DNA of 64,000 bases from Vulcanimicrobiota bacterium (GCA_963833095.1 CAWHWQ010000001.1:96001-160000); one strand, 5' to 3'; counted from the stretch's first letter, positions 20,672 through 30,546 are shown. Notes: generated from the letters alone by a model not told the origin. Translations and numbers: made by a program.

Positions 20672-21020
20672 GGGACTAGTCATTTCCCGCCGCGCGCGTG
20701 ATTCATGCGTAGAGGAGGACGGGCATATGGTCGATTTGATGGCGACGGTGACGAGTGTGCCGTCGTATTTCATGGGCACGAAGACGCACGCCGAGCATGA
20801 GGAGTTTTTGGCGCAAACCACTGCCGGGCCGATCGACGTGATCGATAACGTTGATCTCGCGCCGCGCGTCCCGGTTGCGCCGGGCGATCAAATCGAGGTC
20901 TGCGGCGAGATGGTTCATGACCCCGGGAAGCCGGTGCCGATCGTGCACTGGACGCATCACGATCCCGCGCATCGTCATCCGGGCGGCTTCATTCGCTTCC
21001 GTGGGCAGGTGTACGCGTAG
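20670..21020 (+). CDS. DUF3465-like protein (start uncertain)
   Basis: NVDLAPRVP, GD.IEVCGE, HWTHHDP..RHPGGFI. Confidence 0.7.
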   Translation: MGLVISRRARDSCVEEDGHMVDLMATVTSVPSYFMGTKTHAEHEEFLAQTTAGPIDVIDNVDLAPRVPVAPGDQIEVCGEMVHDPGKPVPIVHWTHHDPAHRHPGGFIRFRGQVYA

Positions 21021-21786
21021 TGTTGCCTTTGATCGCAAGTAGTTCGGGAATCGTCACAAAGCGATAGCCCTCACGGCGCAAACTCTCAATGATGAGACGC
21101 GTTGCCTCGATCTCACTATGACGATCGCAGGTCTTGGCGGAAACGCGGGACGACTTGCACACGATGCCGCGATTTCCATCGTGAAGCACGATGATCGATC
21201 CATCGTGGACGTACGGCACGATCCGATCGGCGATGGTCGCTGCGGGTGGCTCCTCCCAGTCCTTGGCGAGCGGAACCGACCACATCACCGAGGTGTAGCC
21301 GAGACGACGCGCCTGATCGAGGACCAGCCAATCGCGCACTCCGAACGGCGGACGCATGATCGTCGTGTGCACACCTGCCGCACGGTAAATCGCGTCGTCG
21401 GTTCGCGCCAGCGATCCGCGGACTTGCGCTGCATCCATCAAGATCATGTGCGTGTGCGACCAGGTGTGGTTGCCGATTGCGTCGCCGTCACGCACTTCGC
21501 GACGCACGACCGAGGGATAGGCCTCCACCGCGCGCCCGACGACAAAGAACGTCGCGTGCACGCGCTCGCGCTCGAGCACATCGAGTATGGCGGTCGTGTA
21601 CGGCGGATTGGGTCCATCATCAAAGGTGAGCGCCACGATCCGTTGATCGGCCGGCCCGCTCACCAGGGTCTTGCCAAAGATTTGGTTGCTCGGATTTTCG
21701 CAAACTTCGTAGAGCCAGAATCCTGCGAGGGCGAGCAGCGCGCAGGCAAGGAGCGAACGAATCGCCACCGCCGCGGTCGCGGTCAC
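20989..21786 (-). CDS. Polysaccharide deacetylase (NodB/CE4)
   Basis: ALTFDDGP, NHTWSH, RPPFG, IVLHD. Confidence 0.93.
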   Translation of the reverse strand: MTATAAVAIRSLLACALLALAGFWLYEVCENPSNQIFGKTLVSGPADQRIVALTFDDGPNPPYTTAILDVLERERVHATFFVVGRAVEAYPSVVRREVRDGDAIGNHTWSHTHMILMDAAQVRGSLARTDDAIYRAAGVHTTIMRPPFGVRDWLVLDQARRLGYTSVMWSVPLAKDWEEPPAATIADRIVPYVHDGSIIVLHDGNRGIVCKSSRVSAKTCDRHSEIEATRLIIESLRREGYRFVTIPELLAIKGNTTRTPAHGSE

Positions 21787-22451
21787 GGAGCGCTGCCGCC
21801 GTGCGCAAAGGATGCGCGCGCCGCGGCGATCTTTGCGCGAAACGCGGGCGGTCCGAACGAACGAAAGTCATTGACGACCTCTTGGTAGCGCGGATCGGCG
21901 AGCTGTGTGCTCGAGAGCTTGAGCAAATCGTTTGGGTTGGTCTTGCGCAAGTCGATCGTATATTGCCGCCCGGCGGTCGTTGCCCAATAGTGGGGATCGG
22001 TAAAGACGATCGTCCGATCGCCCTGCTTAAAATCGGCCAGTTGCTTCACGTACACCGTGTACTGAACGTTGGTGTCGCCGCGCGGCGGCTTGTCGACGAG
22101 ATCCCACACGCCGTCCTGCACGAGACTTCCAAAGAAGAAACTCACGTCAGTCATCGCCTGCGCGGTCGGCTCACTGATGGTGATCTGCTTGCCGTCGTAC
22201 GAACGAATGCGGTATGAAAACTTCGATTTTCCGTCAACGTCCGACATGTCGTACTCTTCTTCGTAAATTGGCGGCTTGTCATAGCGAATCGAGAGCCGCG
22301 CATACAGCGCGCTGGGCTGGTTTTTGACTTTGTCAACGGCGCTCAGGCTATTGAACTCGGGGTGCGACCCGTACAGCCGGATCCCGACGATCGCCATCAC
22401 GGCGACGAAAATGAAGATGGCCCAAGGAACAACGGTGGTGCGGCGGAGCAT
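21783..22451 (-). CDS. Membrane-anchored hypothetical protein
   Basis: 222 aa, N-terminal TM, stop overlaps deacetylase start. Confidence 0.7.
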   Translation of the reverse strand: MLRRTTVVPWAIFIFVAVMAIVGIRLYGSHPEFNSLSAVDKVKNQPSALYARLSIRYDKPPIYEEEYDMSDVDGKSKFSYRIRSYDGKQITISEPTAQAMTDVSFFFGSLVQDGVWDLVDKPPRGDTNVQYTVYVKQLADFKQGDRTIVFTDPHYWATTAGRQYTIDLRKTNPNDLLKLSSTQLADPRYQEVVNDFRSFGPPAFRAKIAAARASFAHGGSAP

Positions 22452-22462
22452 GACGGGCGTCC

Positions 22463-22906
22463 TTACGAATCCGGCGCGGCCGCTTCCTGGTCGAGCACGT
22501 GATTCACGAGCCTGTCGGCGAGCTTATTCTGCTTACGCGGGACGTGTCTGATGTCGACGTGTTCGAAGCGCCGCAGCAGCGTCTGCGCCCGGCGGTGGAG
22601 CGGTTGGAGGTCGGCATGTTTGACCCGGTACTCGCCGCGCATCTGCTTGACGACCAGCTCGGAGTCCAGGCGCACCGCCAGGCGCCGGATGCCGCGCTCG
22701 GCGGCGCGTTCGAGCCCGATGCACAGCGCCGTCCACTCGGCGACGTTGTTGGTGGCGGTGCCGAGGTAACGGCCAACCTCATCGAGGACGGCGCCGTCGG
22801 GGCCAATGAGGACGGCGCCGCTGGCTGCCGGACCGGGGTTTCCGCGCGAGCCGCCGTCTGCAAAAAGCGTCGCGTCGGTGGGAAGCGCGTCAAAAAGGGT
22901 GGCCAT
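22463..22906 (-). CDS. Ribonuclease HI family protein
   Basis: DGGSRGNPGPA, TNNVAE, DSELVVKQ, NKLADRL. Confidence 0.9.
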   Translation of the reverse strand: MATLFDALPTDATLFADGGSRGNPGPAASGAVLIGPDGAVLDEVGRYLGTATNNVAEWTALCIGLERAAERGIRRLAVRLDSELVVKQMRGEYRVKHADLQPLHRRAQTLLRRFEHVDIRHVPRKQNKLADRLVNHVLDQEAAAPDS

Positions 22907-22930
22907 CGTTTCGACCCTGTTCGGCATTGG

Positions 22931-22943
22931 TATAATGCAGCCA
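22931..22943 (+). promoter_or_regulatory. -10 element of probable leaderless gene
   Basis: TGG-TATAAT followed by 6 nt then ATG; no Shine-Dalgarno. Confidence 0.55.
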
Positions 22944-23287
22944 TGCGACACGTTATTTTGCGCGGCTTCGCCGCCCTTGCGATTCTTTCGCTGACCTTGA
23001 TCCCGAACGCGGCCCTGGCAGCGAACACATTCTACGGTTTGGTCGTTCACGTTTCGACCAGCAACATCAAGGTTGAGGATCCGCGGACCAAGCAGACCCT
23101 GAGCTTCGAGATCCTGCCGAAATTCGATCAAATCTTCTCGGGTGACGGCAAAACTACGTACCAAATGAAAGACGTTCACGAAGGCCACTACGTGGGTGTC
23201 GTCTACGATCAAAAGGCGCTGGGCATACGCCACGCCGACAAGATCTTTATCCTGAACAACGCCAATCAACGCATCTCAGCGCAATAG
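22943..23287 (+). CDS. Secreted hypothetical protein (possible OB-fold)
   Basis: Signal peptide ending ALA; followed by terminator. Confidence 0.65.
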   Translation: MRHVILRGFAALAILSLTLIPNAALAANTFYGLVVHVSTSNIKVEDPRTKQTLSFEILPKFDQIFSGDGKTTYQMKDVHEGHYVGVVYDQKALGIRHADKIFILNNANQRISAQ

Positions 23288-23290
23288 TTC

Positions 23291-23328
23291 AAGGCGGGTC
23301 GCGGTGTTCTTATCGCGACCCGCCTTTT
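23291..23328 (+). terminator. Intrinsic terminator between convergent genes
   Basis: AAGGCGGGTCGCG-loop-CGCGACCCGCCTT then TTT. Confidence 0.8.
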
Positions 23329-24509
23329 TACGGCTCGAGTACAACTTTGATGTAACCGTCGCTGCGCGTGTCGAATTTAGCGAATGCGTCGGGAGCGTCG
23401 CGAAGCGGCAACCGTTGTGAAACGATGGCGCCTGGCTTCATTCGACCGCTCACGATCATATCGCGCAGATGATCGTTGTAGTTCTCGTCGTCATCCCGCC
23501 CCATGCCGATCATCACGCCCTTCTTGAACAGCGTTCCCCACGGGATCATGTAGTCGCCAAGCTTGGCGGCATCGGTCGGGCCGTGGGGATCGTTATCCAG
23601 AAAGACACCGATGATGCACAGGCGCCCCTTGACCGCGATGATTCGCGCGAGATCGGCGATGACGCTGGTGGGATTTTCCGCCGAGTAGTTGAGGGGATCT
23701 CGTGCCTGAAATCCGATCGCGTCGATGCAGACCGTTGCGCCGAGGTTTGCGTCCTCGCCGCGCCAGGCTATGCCGCTCCGTTCGCGCGCGATCTGCTCGA
23801 GAATGTGGTCGACCGCATGTCCGTCACGCATATCGATCGGTACCGCTCCAAGCTCGCCGGCCTTCTCCAGCCGTTCCGGAATCGCGTCCACGACGAACAC
23901 CTGTCGCGCTCCGCGGACGAACGCACACATCACGGTGAGCAATCCGATTGCGCCGGCACCGTAGACAACCACGATGTCGCCGGTGCGGACGTCGACAAGT
24001 TCTGTCGCGTGAAAGGCCGTCGGCAGCGCGTCGGCAAGCAAGACGAAGTCGTTCTCCCAGCGGTCGCCGGGTTCTCCCGGCAATCTAACGCAGTTTGCGT
24101 CGCCAAAGGGAACACGCAGCAGTTTGGTTTGCGCGCCGGTGTAGCCGCCCATGCCGGGGTAACCATATGCCGCGCCCGCCTTCCCGGGATTGTTCGTAAG
24201 ACACTGCGCGGAATAGCCGTGGACACAGTTCGCGCAGAACCCGCAGCAGATGTGCGTCGGGACGGTGACGCGATCGCCGACGCGGACGTTGACGACAGCG
24301 TCGCCGACCCGTTCGACCACACCAAGCGGTTCGTGACCGATCACCATCGGCGCGCCCGTACTAAGGCGACCCTCGTACATATGCAGATCGGTACCGCAGA
24401 TCGCGGTCGACGTGAGGCGCAGAAGCACGTCGGTGGGCTTGAGCAGCTCCGGTTCGTCTATGGCCTCAATGGTAATCTGTCGAGGCCCCTTGAGCATGAC
24501 TGCATCCAT
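23328..24509 (-). CDS. Zn-dependent, glutathione-independent formaldehyde dehydrogenase-like enzyme
   Basis: ICGTDLH, GHE, CGFCANC..C, LADALPT, GAGAIG. Confidence 0.85.
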   Translation of the reverse strand: MDAVMLKGPRQITIEAIDEPELLKPTDVLLRLTSTAICGTDLHMYEGRLSTGAPMVIGHEPLGVVERVGDAVVNVRVGDRVTVPTHICCGFCANCVHGYSAQCLTNNPGKAGAAYGYPGMGGYTGAQTKLLRVPFGDANCVRLPGEPGDRWENDFVLLADALPTAFHATELVDVRTGDIVVVYGAGAIGLLTVMCAFVRGARQVFVVDAIPERLEKAGELGAVPIDMRDGHAVDHILEQIARERSGIAWRGEDANLGATVCIDAIGFQARDPLNYSAENPTSVIADLARIIAVKGRLCIIGVFLDNDPHGPTDAAKLGDYMIPWGTLFKKGVMIGMGRDDDENYNDHLRDMIVSGRMKPGAIVSQRLPLRDAPDAFAKFDTRSDGYIKVVLEP

Positions 24510-24605
24510 CGTTCTTCTCCCACGAGCGTATCGCTCTAGTATATACAAAAGCGGTTCCCTTTCCAGCGAAAGGCAAATCGAGGTCGCGGTCTTAATCCAC
24601 GAACC

Positions 24606-27600
24606 ATGATGCGTTCCTTTGTTGCTCTCGTCGCGGTGCTGCTCGCGCCACTGGTTGCGGCTGCGTCCGATCTCCCCACCGCCAACCTCCATTGGCGCGA
24701 AACCGGCCCCGCCGCGCCCGGTGGCCGCGTCACCGCAGTGGCGGGCTCGAATCGCGATGCGTCGCTGTACTATCTCGGCGCGGCCGGTGGCGGCGTATGG
24801 AAGAGTACGGACGGCGGTGCTGCGTGGCATCCGGTGTTCGACAAGGAAAGCGTCGGAGCGATTGGTGCGGTCGCAATCGATCCGAGCAACGATGACGTGG
24901 TATGGGTCGGGACGGGCGAATCCAATCCGCGCAACGACGTCAGTTACGGCGACGGCCTTTACAAGTCGAGCGACGGCGGCAAAACCTGGACGAACATGGG
25001 TCTACGGGAGAGCAAGTACATCTCGCGCATCCTAATCGATCCCACTGACCCCAAGCATGTGATCGTCGGTGCCCTCGGTGACGTCTTTGCCGATTCGGCG
25101 CAACGCGGCGTCTACGTAACGTACGACGGCGGAACGACCTGGACGAAAGCGCTCGACGTGGGGCCCAGCAGCGGCGTTTCGGATTTGGCGATGAGCCCGC
25201 GCACGCCAAACGTCATCTACGCCGGCGTGTGGCAATTTCAACGACGACCATGGACATTTCGCAGCGGCGGCGATCAGGACGGCCTCTACCGTTCGAGCGA
25301 CGGCGGCCGTACGTGGAACAGGCTTACGGGACACGGCCTGCCTGACGGCATCACCGGGCGAATCGGACTTGCAGTCGCGCCGAGCGATCCGCATCGTGTT
25401 TACGCGCTGATCGAAGCCAAGCGCGGCATTCTCTGGCGTTCGGACGACGACGGCGCTACATGGAACCTGGTGAGCTCAAACACCTTGGTCGATCAACGGC
25501 CGTTCTATTTCTCACACATCGAAGTCGACCCAAGCAATCCCGACCACGTCATCACCGCATCGACGGCGCTCGCCGAGAGCATCGACGGCGGCAAGACGTT
25601 TAAGGCGATCGCGCGCGACGTGCATGGCGACTATCACGCGATCTGGATCGCACCGAACGACCCCAAGCGGATTATCGTCGGCGCCGACGGCGGCTACGCG
25701 CTCACCGTCGATGCCGGGCGCACCTGGACGTTCGCCATGAATTTGCCGATCGGACAGTTCTACCGCGTGGGATTGGGCAACGACAATCCGTACACGATCT
25801 GCGGCGGCTTGCAAGATAATAATTCCTTTTGCGGACCGTCGAATTCGCTCGATACGGGTGGTAACACGAACGCCGATTGGTACGCGGTCGTCTACGATGA
25901 CGACGGGCAGTGGGCTATTCCCGATCCGCGCAACCCCGATCTCATCTGGTCCGATGGACAAGACGGCGCGCTCTTCACCTATAGACGGCGCACACGCGAG
26001 TACACGTTTGCGCAGCCGTATCTGACGACCGTTCAACAAGATTACGACATTGCGACCAGCCCCTACCGGTTCAATTGGGAGTCGCCTATCGGCTTTGCGC
26101 CCTGGGATCCTCGTATCGCGTGGTTCGGCGGCAACGTCGTGTTCCAATCGACCAACGGCGGCTATAGCTGGCGCGCGATCAGCCCCGATCTCACGCGCAA
26201 CGATAAGGCGCATCAACAACCGGCCGGCGGCCCGATCACGCATGACGTCACAGGCGCCGAATACTCCGATACGATCCTCGACATCGAAGGCTCGCAGCTT
26301 TCGCCGGGCGAGATCTGGGTCGGCACGGACGACGGACTCGTGCAGATGACGCGCGACAGCGGTGCGCACTGGGAAAACGTCACGCCGCGCGACGCGAATA
26401 CCTACGGCCGGTTCGAAACGGTCGCGCCCTCACCGTTGGAGCGCGGCACGGCCTACGCCGTGCAAGACGCGCACCTGATGGGCGACGGCGCACCGCGCGT
26501 CTGGATCACAAGCGACTACGGCGCGCACTGGCGATCGATCGTGAACGGCTTGCCGAACGATCTGTGGACGCGCTCGATTCGTCCCGACAATCGCAATCCC
26601 GCGCTCGTGTATCTCGGCACCGAAGAAGGCGTGTGGATCTCCTACGATCGCGGCTCGCACTGGCAGCGCTTGCGCAATAATATGCCCGCCACCTCGATCC
26701 GCGATATTCGCATTCAACCAACATTCGACGATCTCGTCCTGGCGACGCACGGCCGGTCGATCTGGGTGATGGACGACATTCGACCCCTGCAAGAGCTTCC
26801 GAGCGCAGTTGCTGCGGGTGCCTGGCTATTCGAGCCGCGCACCTCGTACGAATACAATCTCACCACCAAGACCGAGGGCAACTACACAAACTATACGGCG
26901 AACAATCCCCCCTACGGTGTTCCGATTTCGTATTATCAAGCGACGCCTCAGGCGACCGCCCCGCAAGTGACGATCCGCGATGCCTCGGGCCGTATCGTGC
27001 GTACGCTTACCGGCTCCAACGCCTCGGGCATCAATCGTGTGGTCTGGAACTTCACGGCAGCACCGCCCGTCAAGTGGTTCGGCGCCGCCAATCGCTACTT
27101 CCAAGGTCCCGATGACGGAGCCATGGTGGTGCCCGGAACCTACACGGCGCACATATCGTTGAATGGCCGCAACTTCGTGAAGCGTTTTTCGGTCAAAGCC
27201 GACCCGCAAGCCACCGAAACGTTGGCGCAGATGAGGCAGAGTTACGAAGCCTTCGCAACGTTGAACCAAATCTACTCAAGCGTCGATACGATGCTCAATC
27301 ACCTTGATCTCGTCGGAAAGGCGCTTGTGGGCGAATCCGCGCAGACCGGCAGCGATGCCGCTGACGCGCTCGCGCGCGCACGCGAGCAGCACGCTGCCGT
27401 AATGGCTGCGCTCACGGCGAACTACACGAACAGCGAAGATTCCGTCTCCCGCCCAGGTGCCTTGCGCGAGAATCTGGACAGCGCGCTTTCGTCGCTAAAC
27501 TCGTTTCCGCTGCAAGCCATCGTCACTCCGGCAGCCACGCAGTTCTACGCCCGCATCGGCGCCGAATACCGCAACGCACTCCGCGCGTACAACGCCTACA

Positions 27601-27680
27601 GCGCTTCGATTCCGACGCTCAACCGGACGCTGACGGGAGCAGGACTGCAACCGATGCCGGCGCTCCCGGTCGAACCGTAG
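24606..27680 (+). CDS. VPS10/BNR (Asp-box) repeat secreted glycosyl hydrolase-like protein
   Basis: Signal peptide; many S.DGG.TW Asp boxes; GGLQDN, ATHGRS. Confidence 0.88.
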   Translation: MMRSFVALVAVLLAPLVAAASDLPTANLHWRETGPAAPGGRVTAVAGSNRDASLYYLGAAGGGVWKSTDGGAAWHPVFDKESVGAIGAVAIDPSNDDVVWVGTGESNPRNDVSYGDGLYKSSDGGKTWTNMGLRESKYISRILIDPTDPKHVIVGALGDVFADSAQRGVYVTYDGGTTWTKALDVGPSSGVSDLAMSPRTPNVIYAGVWQFQRRPWTFRSGGDQDGLYRSSDGGRTWNRLTGHGLPDGITGRIGLAVAPSDPHRVYALIEAKRGILWRSDDDGATWNLVSSNTLVDQRPFYFSHIEVDPSNPDHVITASTALAESIDGGKTFKAIARDVHGDYHAIWIAPNDPKRIIVGADGGYALTVDAGRTWTFAMNLPIGQFYRVGLGNDNPYTICGGLQDNNSFCGPSNSLDTGGNTNADWYAVVYDDDGQWAIPDPRNPDLIWSDGQDGALFTYRRRTREYTFAQPYLTTVQQDYDIATSPYRFNWESPIGFAPWDPRIAWFGGNVVFQSTNGGYSWRAISPDLTRNDKAHQQPAGGPITHDVTGAEYSDTILDIEGSQLSPGEIWVGTDDGLVQMTRDSGAHWENVTPRDANTYGRFETVAPSPLERGTAYAVQDAHLMGDGAPRVWITSDYGAHWRSIVNGLPNDLWTRSIRPDNRNPALVYLGTEEGVWISYDRGSHWQRLRNNMPATSIRDIRIQPTFDDLVLATHGRSIWVMDDIRPLQELPSAVAAGAWLFEPRTSYEYNLTTKTEGNYTNYTANNPPYGVPISYYQATPQATAPQVTIRDASGRIVRTLTGSNASGINRVVWNFTAAPPVKWFGAANRYFQGPDDGAMVVPGTYTAHISLNGRNFVKRFSVKADPQATETLAQMRQSYEAFATLNQIYSSVDTMLNHLDLVGKALVGESAQTGSDAADALARAREQHAAVMAALTANYTNSEDSVSRPGALRENLDSALSSLNSFPLQAIVTPAATQFYARIGAEYRNALRAYNAYSASIPTLNRTLTGAGLQPMPALPVEP

Positions 27681-27741
27681 CCTCCGCCTCTGCAGAATAT
27701 TCGGATAGCGCAAACGCGGGCTTGACCGTTAAGATGAACCC

Positions 27742-28254
27742 ATGAACAAGCATCATGTCTTTCTTGGCGCTGCCGTCTTAGCCATCGCGCTCTGCGCGGC
27801 TCGCGCGCCGGCACAAGTTACGGTACCGAATAGCCAACCGACGGCGGCGAGCGAACAAGACGTCCAGATGTTGCGCGAGAACATTCGTTCGTCTCGCAAG
27901 AAGGTCGTCGCAGCCAACATGAACCTTACCGCTGACGAGGCTGCCAAGTTTTGGCCCGTGTACGATCAATACCAATTAGACCTCAACAAGATCGGTGACG
28001 CGCGCTGGCAACTCATGAAAGAATACGCTTCGAGCTATCCAAACGTCACCGCGGACCAGGCGAAAGGCTTCATGGCGCGCTCGACCCAAATCGATCAACA
28101 GATGATTGCGCTACGCGAGCAGTACGTCCCGGCGTTCGAAAAAGTTATCTCGCCCAAGAAGGTCGCGCTGTGGTATCAGATCGACCGGCAAATCGACTTG
28201 CTGGTCAATATACAGTTGGCGTCGTTGCTACCGCTGGTGGATCCGACGAAGTAG
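27742..28254 (+). CDS. Secreted alpha-helical hypothetical protein
   Basis: Signal peptide; LTADEAAKFWPVYDQY motif; TAAGAT 6 nt before ATG. Confidence 0.75.
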   Translation: MNKHHVFLGAAVLAIALCAARAPAQVTVPNSQPTAASEQDVQMLRENIRSSRKKVVAANMNLTADEAAKFWPVYDQYQLDLNKIGDARWQLMKEYASSYPNVTADQAKGFMARSTQIDQQMIALREQYVPAFEKVISPKKVALWYQIDRQIDLLVNIQLASLLPLVDPTK

Positions 28255-28255
28255 C

Positions 28256-28618
28256 TTGAAGAACATTGTGCTCGGTTCGCTCCTAGCCGCGCTTTCGCTC
28301 GTGCTGGCGGCACCCGCGCTAGCAGCCTCGCTTGCGTTTCACGTCACCAATAAGACGCCCGATGCGTGGGCGTGGGTCACTGCCAACAGCGCGTATGCCG
28401 GAAACATCGACGGTGCGTGGTGCGTCGCGCCGGGCGAAAAAAGCACACGCACGTTTTCAAATGTCATCGGTCGTCTGCGCGTGGAAGCCACGGTCAAGAA
28501 CTGCGCACATCCGGTGATGCTCGATCGCAGCCTGACCGGCGTCGCCCACAGCTCGGCCTTTTTTGCAACGCGCGAAGGCAGCGGCAAGAACTACGTCTGG
28601 ATGGGGGAGGCTAGGTAA
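28256..28618 (+). CDS. Small secreted protein with two Cys
   Basis: TTG start, signal peptide, VTNKT..AWAWVT motif. Confidence 0.6.
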   Translation: MKNIVLGSLLAALSLVLAAPALAASLAFHVTNKTPDAWAWVTANSAYAGNIDGAWCVAPGEKSTRTFSNVIGRLRVEATVKNCAHPVMLDRSLTGVAHSSAFFATREGSGKNYVWMGEAR

Positions 28619-28834
28619 ATGAAACGCATTCTTATGACGGTCATCGCCATACTTCTAATCGCCGGGTTCGCGCTTCCCACGCGCGCCCTTGCGTTCCAAA
28701 CCACAGTCATCAACAAAACGACGAATTCGTGGGTTTGGGTGACCAGGTATGAGTTCACCGGCTACAACGACACGGGCCGAAGCTTGAGGCAAGCGCCCAC
28801 CAGCGGACCAACGCCCCCCACTCATGGACGCTAG
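28619..28834 (+). CDS. Truncated paralog of upstream secreted protein (possible pseudogene)
   Basis: Signal peptide then VINKT..SWVWVT; sequence degenerates after about 50 aa. Confidence 0.45.
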   Translation: MKRILMTVIAILLIAGFALPTRALAFQTTVINKTTNSWVWVTRYEFTGYNDTGRSLRQAPTSGPTPPTHGR

Positions 28835-29193
28835 TAGGTAATGGTCGACGTCGGGAATTGTCCTCCGGCTGGATGTGCGCCACTTCCAATTCCAAGCTGG
28901 TCATAGGTGCCGGGCGCGACGGGCGTGGTTCCCGGACCCAAGTCGTAGACAATGATGTTCGTTCCGGGCTTTACCAGCTGCGAGTGAGTGCAATACTTAC
29001 CTATCTCAGCCGGTACGCATCCAACGGAGGCGGTTACATAGCGCCCCGTAATAACGATATTACTTTTCCGTTGGCCCGGCAGTACAACAGAGGCGTGATG
29101 AGACGGCACCGCTAGGGCAATCGCGGAGCTACCCAGCACCGCAGCGGTTAGCGCCAAGACGCTGACCTTCGCTAATATCGAATGCTTTTGCAT
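28831..29193 (-). CDS. Secreted hypothetical protein
   Basis: GGGAGA upstream, signal peptide ending ALA, Cys pair; looks lower in GC than neighbours. Confidence 0.55.
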   Translation of the reverse strand: MQKHSILAKVSVLALTAAVLGSSAIALAVPSHHASVVLPGQRKSNIVITGRYVTASVGCVPAEIGKYCTHSQLVKPGTNIIVYDLGPGTTPVAPGTYDQLGIGSGAHPAGGQFPTSTITY

Positions 29194-29492
29194 GAAGACC
29201 GAATCTCCCAATCTCCGGCCGCTATCAACCAGGCAACTTCTCTTACAAAACTGCGTACAGTTCCCTCCGGTTTCGGCGGCTTTCGTGACCTTTAGACTAC
29301 GTCCGCTTCGGGTTTCCGCGCATCACTTCTGTAAGACGGTCCCAGTTTGATAAGGCCGCACCCGATCTGCTCGCGTTCCGCTTGGACGTAACGGCGATTT
29401 ATCCGAACTGACAAGTGGTCACAGTTAGACCTGAAAGCTTCTGGCGCTAGCGCGGTTTGCGTGCGAAGGCTGGGGAATTGCCTTTAAACAAA

Positions 29493-29527
29493 GAAAAACC
29501 TCAAGCAAGAAGTGCTTGAGGTTTTTC
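29493..29527 (-). terminator. Intrinsic terminator after tRNA-Pro
   Basis: GAAAAACCTCAAGCA-agaag-TGCTTGAGGTTTTTC. Confidence 0.85.
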
Positions 29528-29530
29528 GGA

Positions 29531-29608
29531 TGGTCGGGCTGACACGATTCGAACGTGCGATCTCTTGACCCCCAGTCAGGCGCGATAACCAAGCTGCGCT
29601 ACAGCCCG
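29531..29608 (-). tRNA. tRNA-Pro(GGG)
   Basis: CGGGCTG acceptor stem, CT-GGG-GG anticodon loop, GTTCGAATC T-loop, encoded CCA. Confidence 0.93.
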
Positions 29609-29612
29609 TGTT

Positions 29613-29975
29613 CTACGGAGAACCTCGTTCATCCGGCGCGTTACTAGTTGCGCTTCGCGTTTTCTTTTTAGCGGACTTCTTCTTCGCGCTGCTCGAACGT
29701 TTACCGCCGACGGCCTCTTTGAGGGCTTTGCCGGAGACGAAGGCGGGGACTTTGCGCGCGGCGATTTTGATCTTCTCGCCGGTTTTCGGATTGCGGCCTT
29801 CGCGCGCTTTACGCGCGCGGACGACGAAACTGCCGAACGGCGTAAGCGCAACGCGATCGCCTTTCTTCAACGCCCCCGAGATCTCGTCGAGAATCAGGTC
29901 GACGATTTCCCCCGCATGGCGCTTCGTGAGCTCCGCTTCATCGGCAACGCGATCGATCAAATCGGCTTTCGTCAA
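29613..29975 (-). CDS. hup: HU family DNA-binding protein with Lys-rich C-terminal tail
   Basis: TTG start with AGAGGAG SD; TKADLI, FGSF, REGRNPKTGE, VPAF. Confidence 0.93.
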   Translation of the reverse strand: MTKADLIDRVADEAELTKRHAGEIVDLILDEISGALKKGDRVALTPFGSFVVRARKAREGRNPKTGEKIKIAARKVPAFVSGKALKEAVGGKRSSSAKKKSAKKKTRSATSNAPDERGSP

Positions 29976-30059
29976 CGTCGTGTCTCCTCTGCTAAAGGGC
30001 AAGGTTCGAACGTGCGCGGTGGGCGGGAGGGAGGGGATATACGCAGGGGGCGTGGCCCG

Positions 30060-30496
30060 GCTCCTTCCATTTTTCGAGTATTTTCGCGACGGCTTGAGCG
30101 CGAGTACGTAGGAAAGGGGGCCGAACCCGCCGATGGTGCCCCGGCACGCCGCGGCCGTCACGCTCGTGCGGCGAACACTTCGTCCCGCGCAATATTCGAA
30201 AGATGCACTTCGATCGCCGGAATCCGATCGATCTGATTGCATCGGCGATCGCGTACGAATAGTGCGCGTACGCGCCCGGATTGATGACGATCGCGTCTCG
30301 CGTCGCGCGGGCATGCGTGCAGAGCGTCGACGATCTGTCCCTCGCCGTTGTATTGCTCGCAGCGACCTGAAACCCAGATCGGCGCGCCCACGTGCGATGA
30401 GTTCGTTGACGTCGTCCAGCGTTGCGTTCCGTAGATCTCGGGTTCCCGATCGCCGAGTAAGTTGAGGTTTGGCCCGTGAATAACCAAGACGCGCAT
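30060..30496 (-). CDS. aroQ: Type II 3-dehydroquinate dehydratase (frameshifted; 3' end approximate)
   Basis: HGPNLNLLG.REPEIYG, IEVHLSNI, GTIGGFG. Confidence 0.88.
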
Positions 30497-30546
30497 TGCG
30501 CTCCATTCTTGAAGGAAAACGCCGCGCCTTTGAGCGAGATGCGTTC

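Noticed and set aside
30005..30016. 12-bp match to the tRNA-Pro T-arm as an att site
   Set aside because: Too short, on the wrong side of the tRNA, and no integrase
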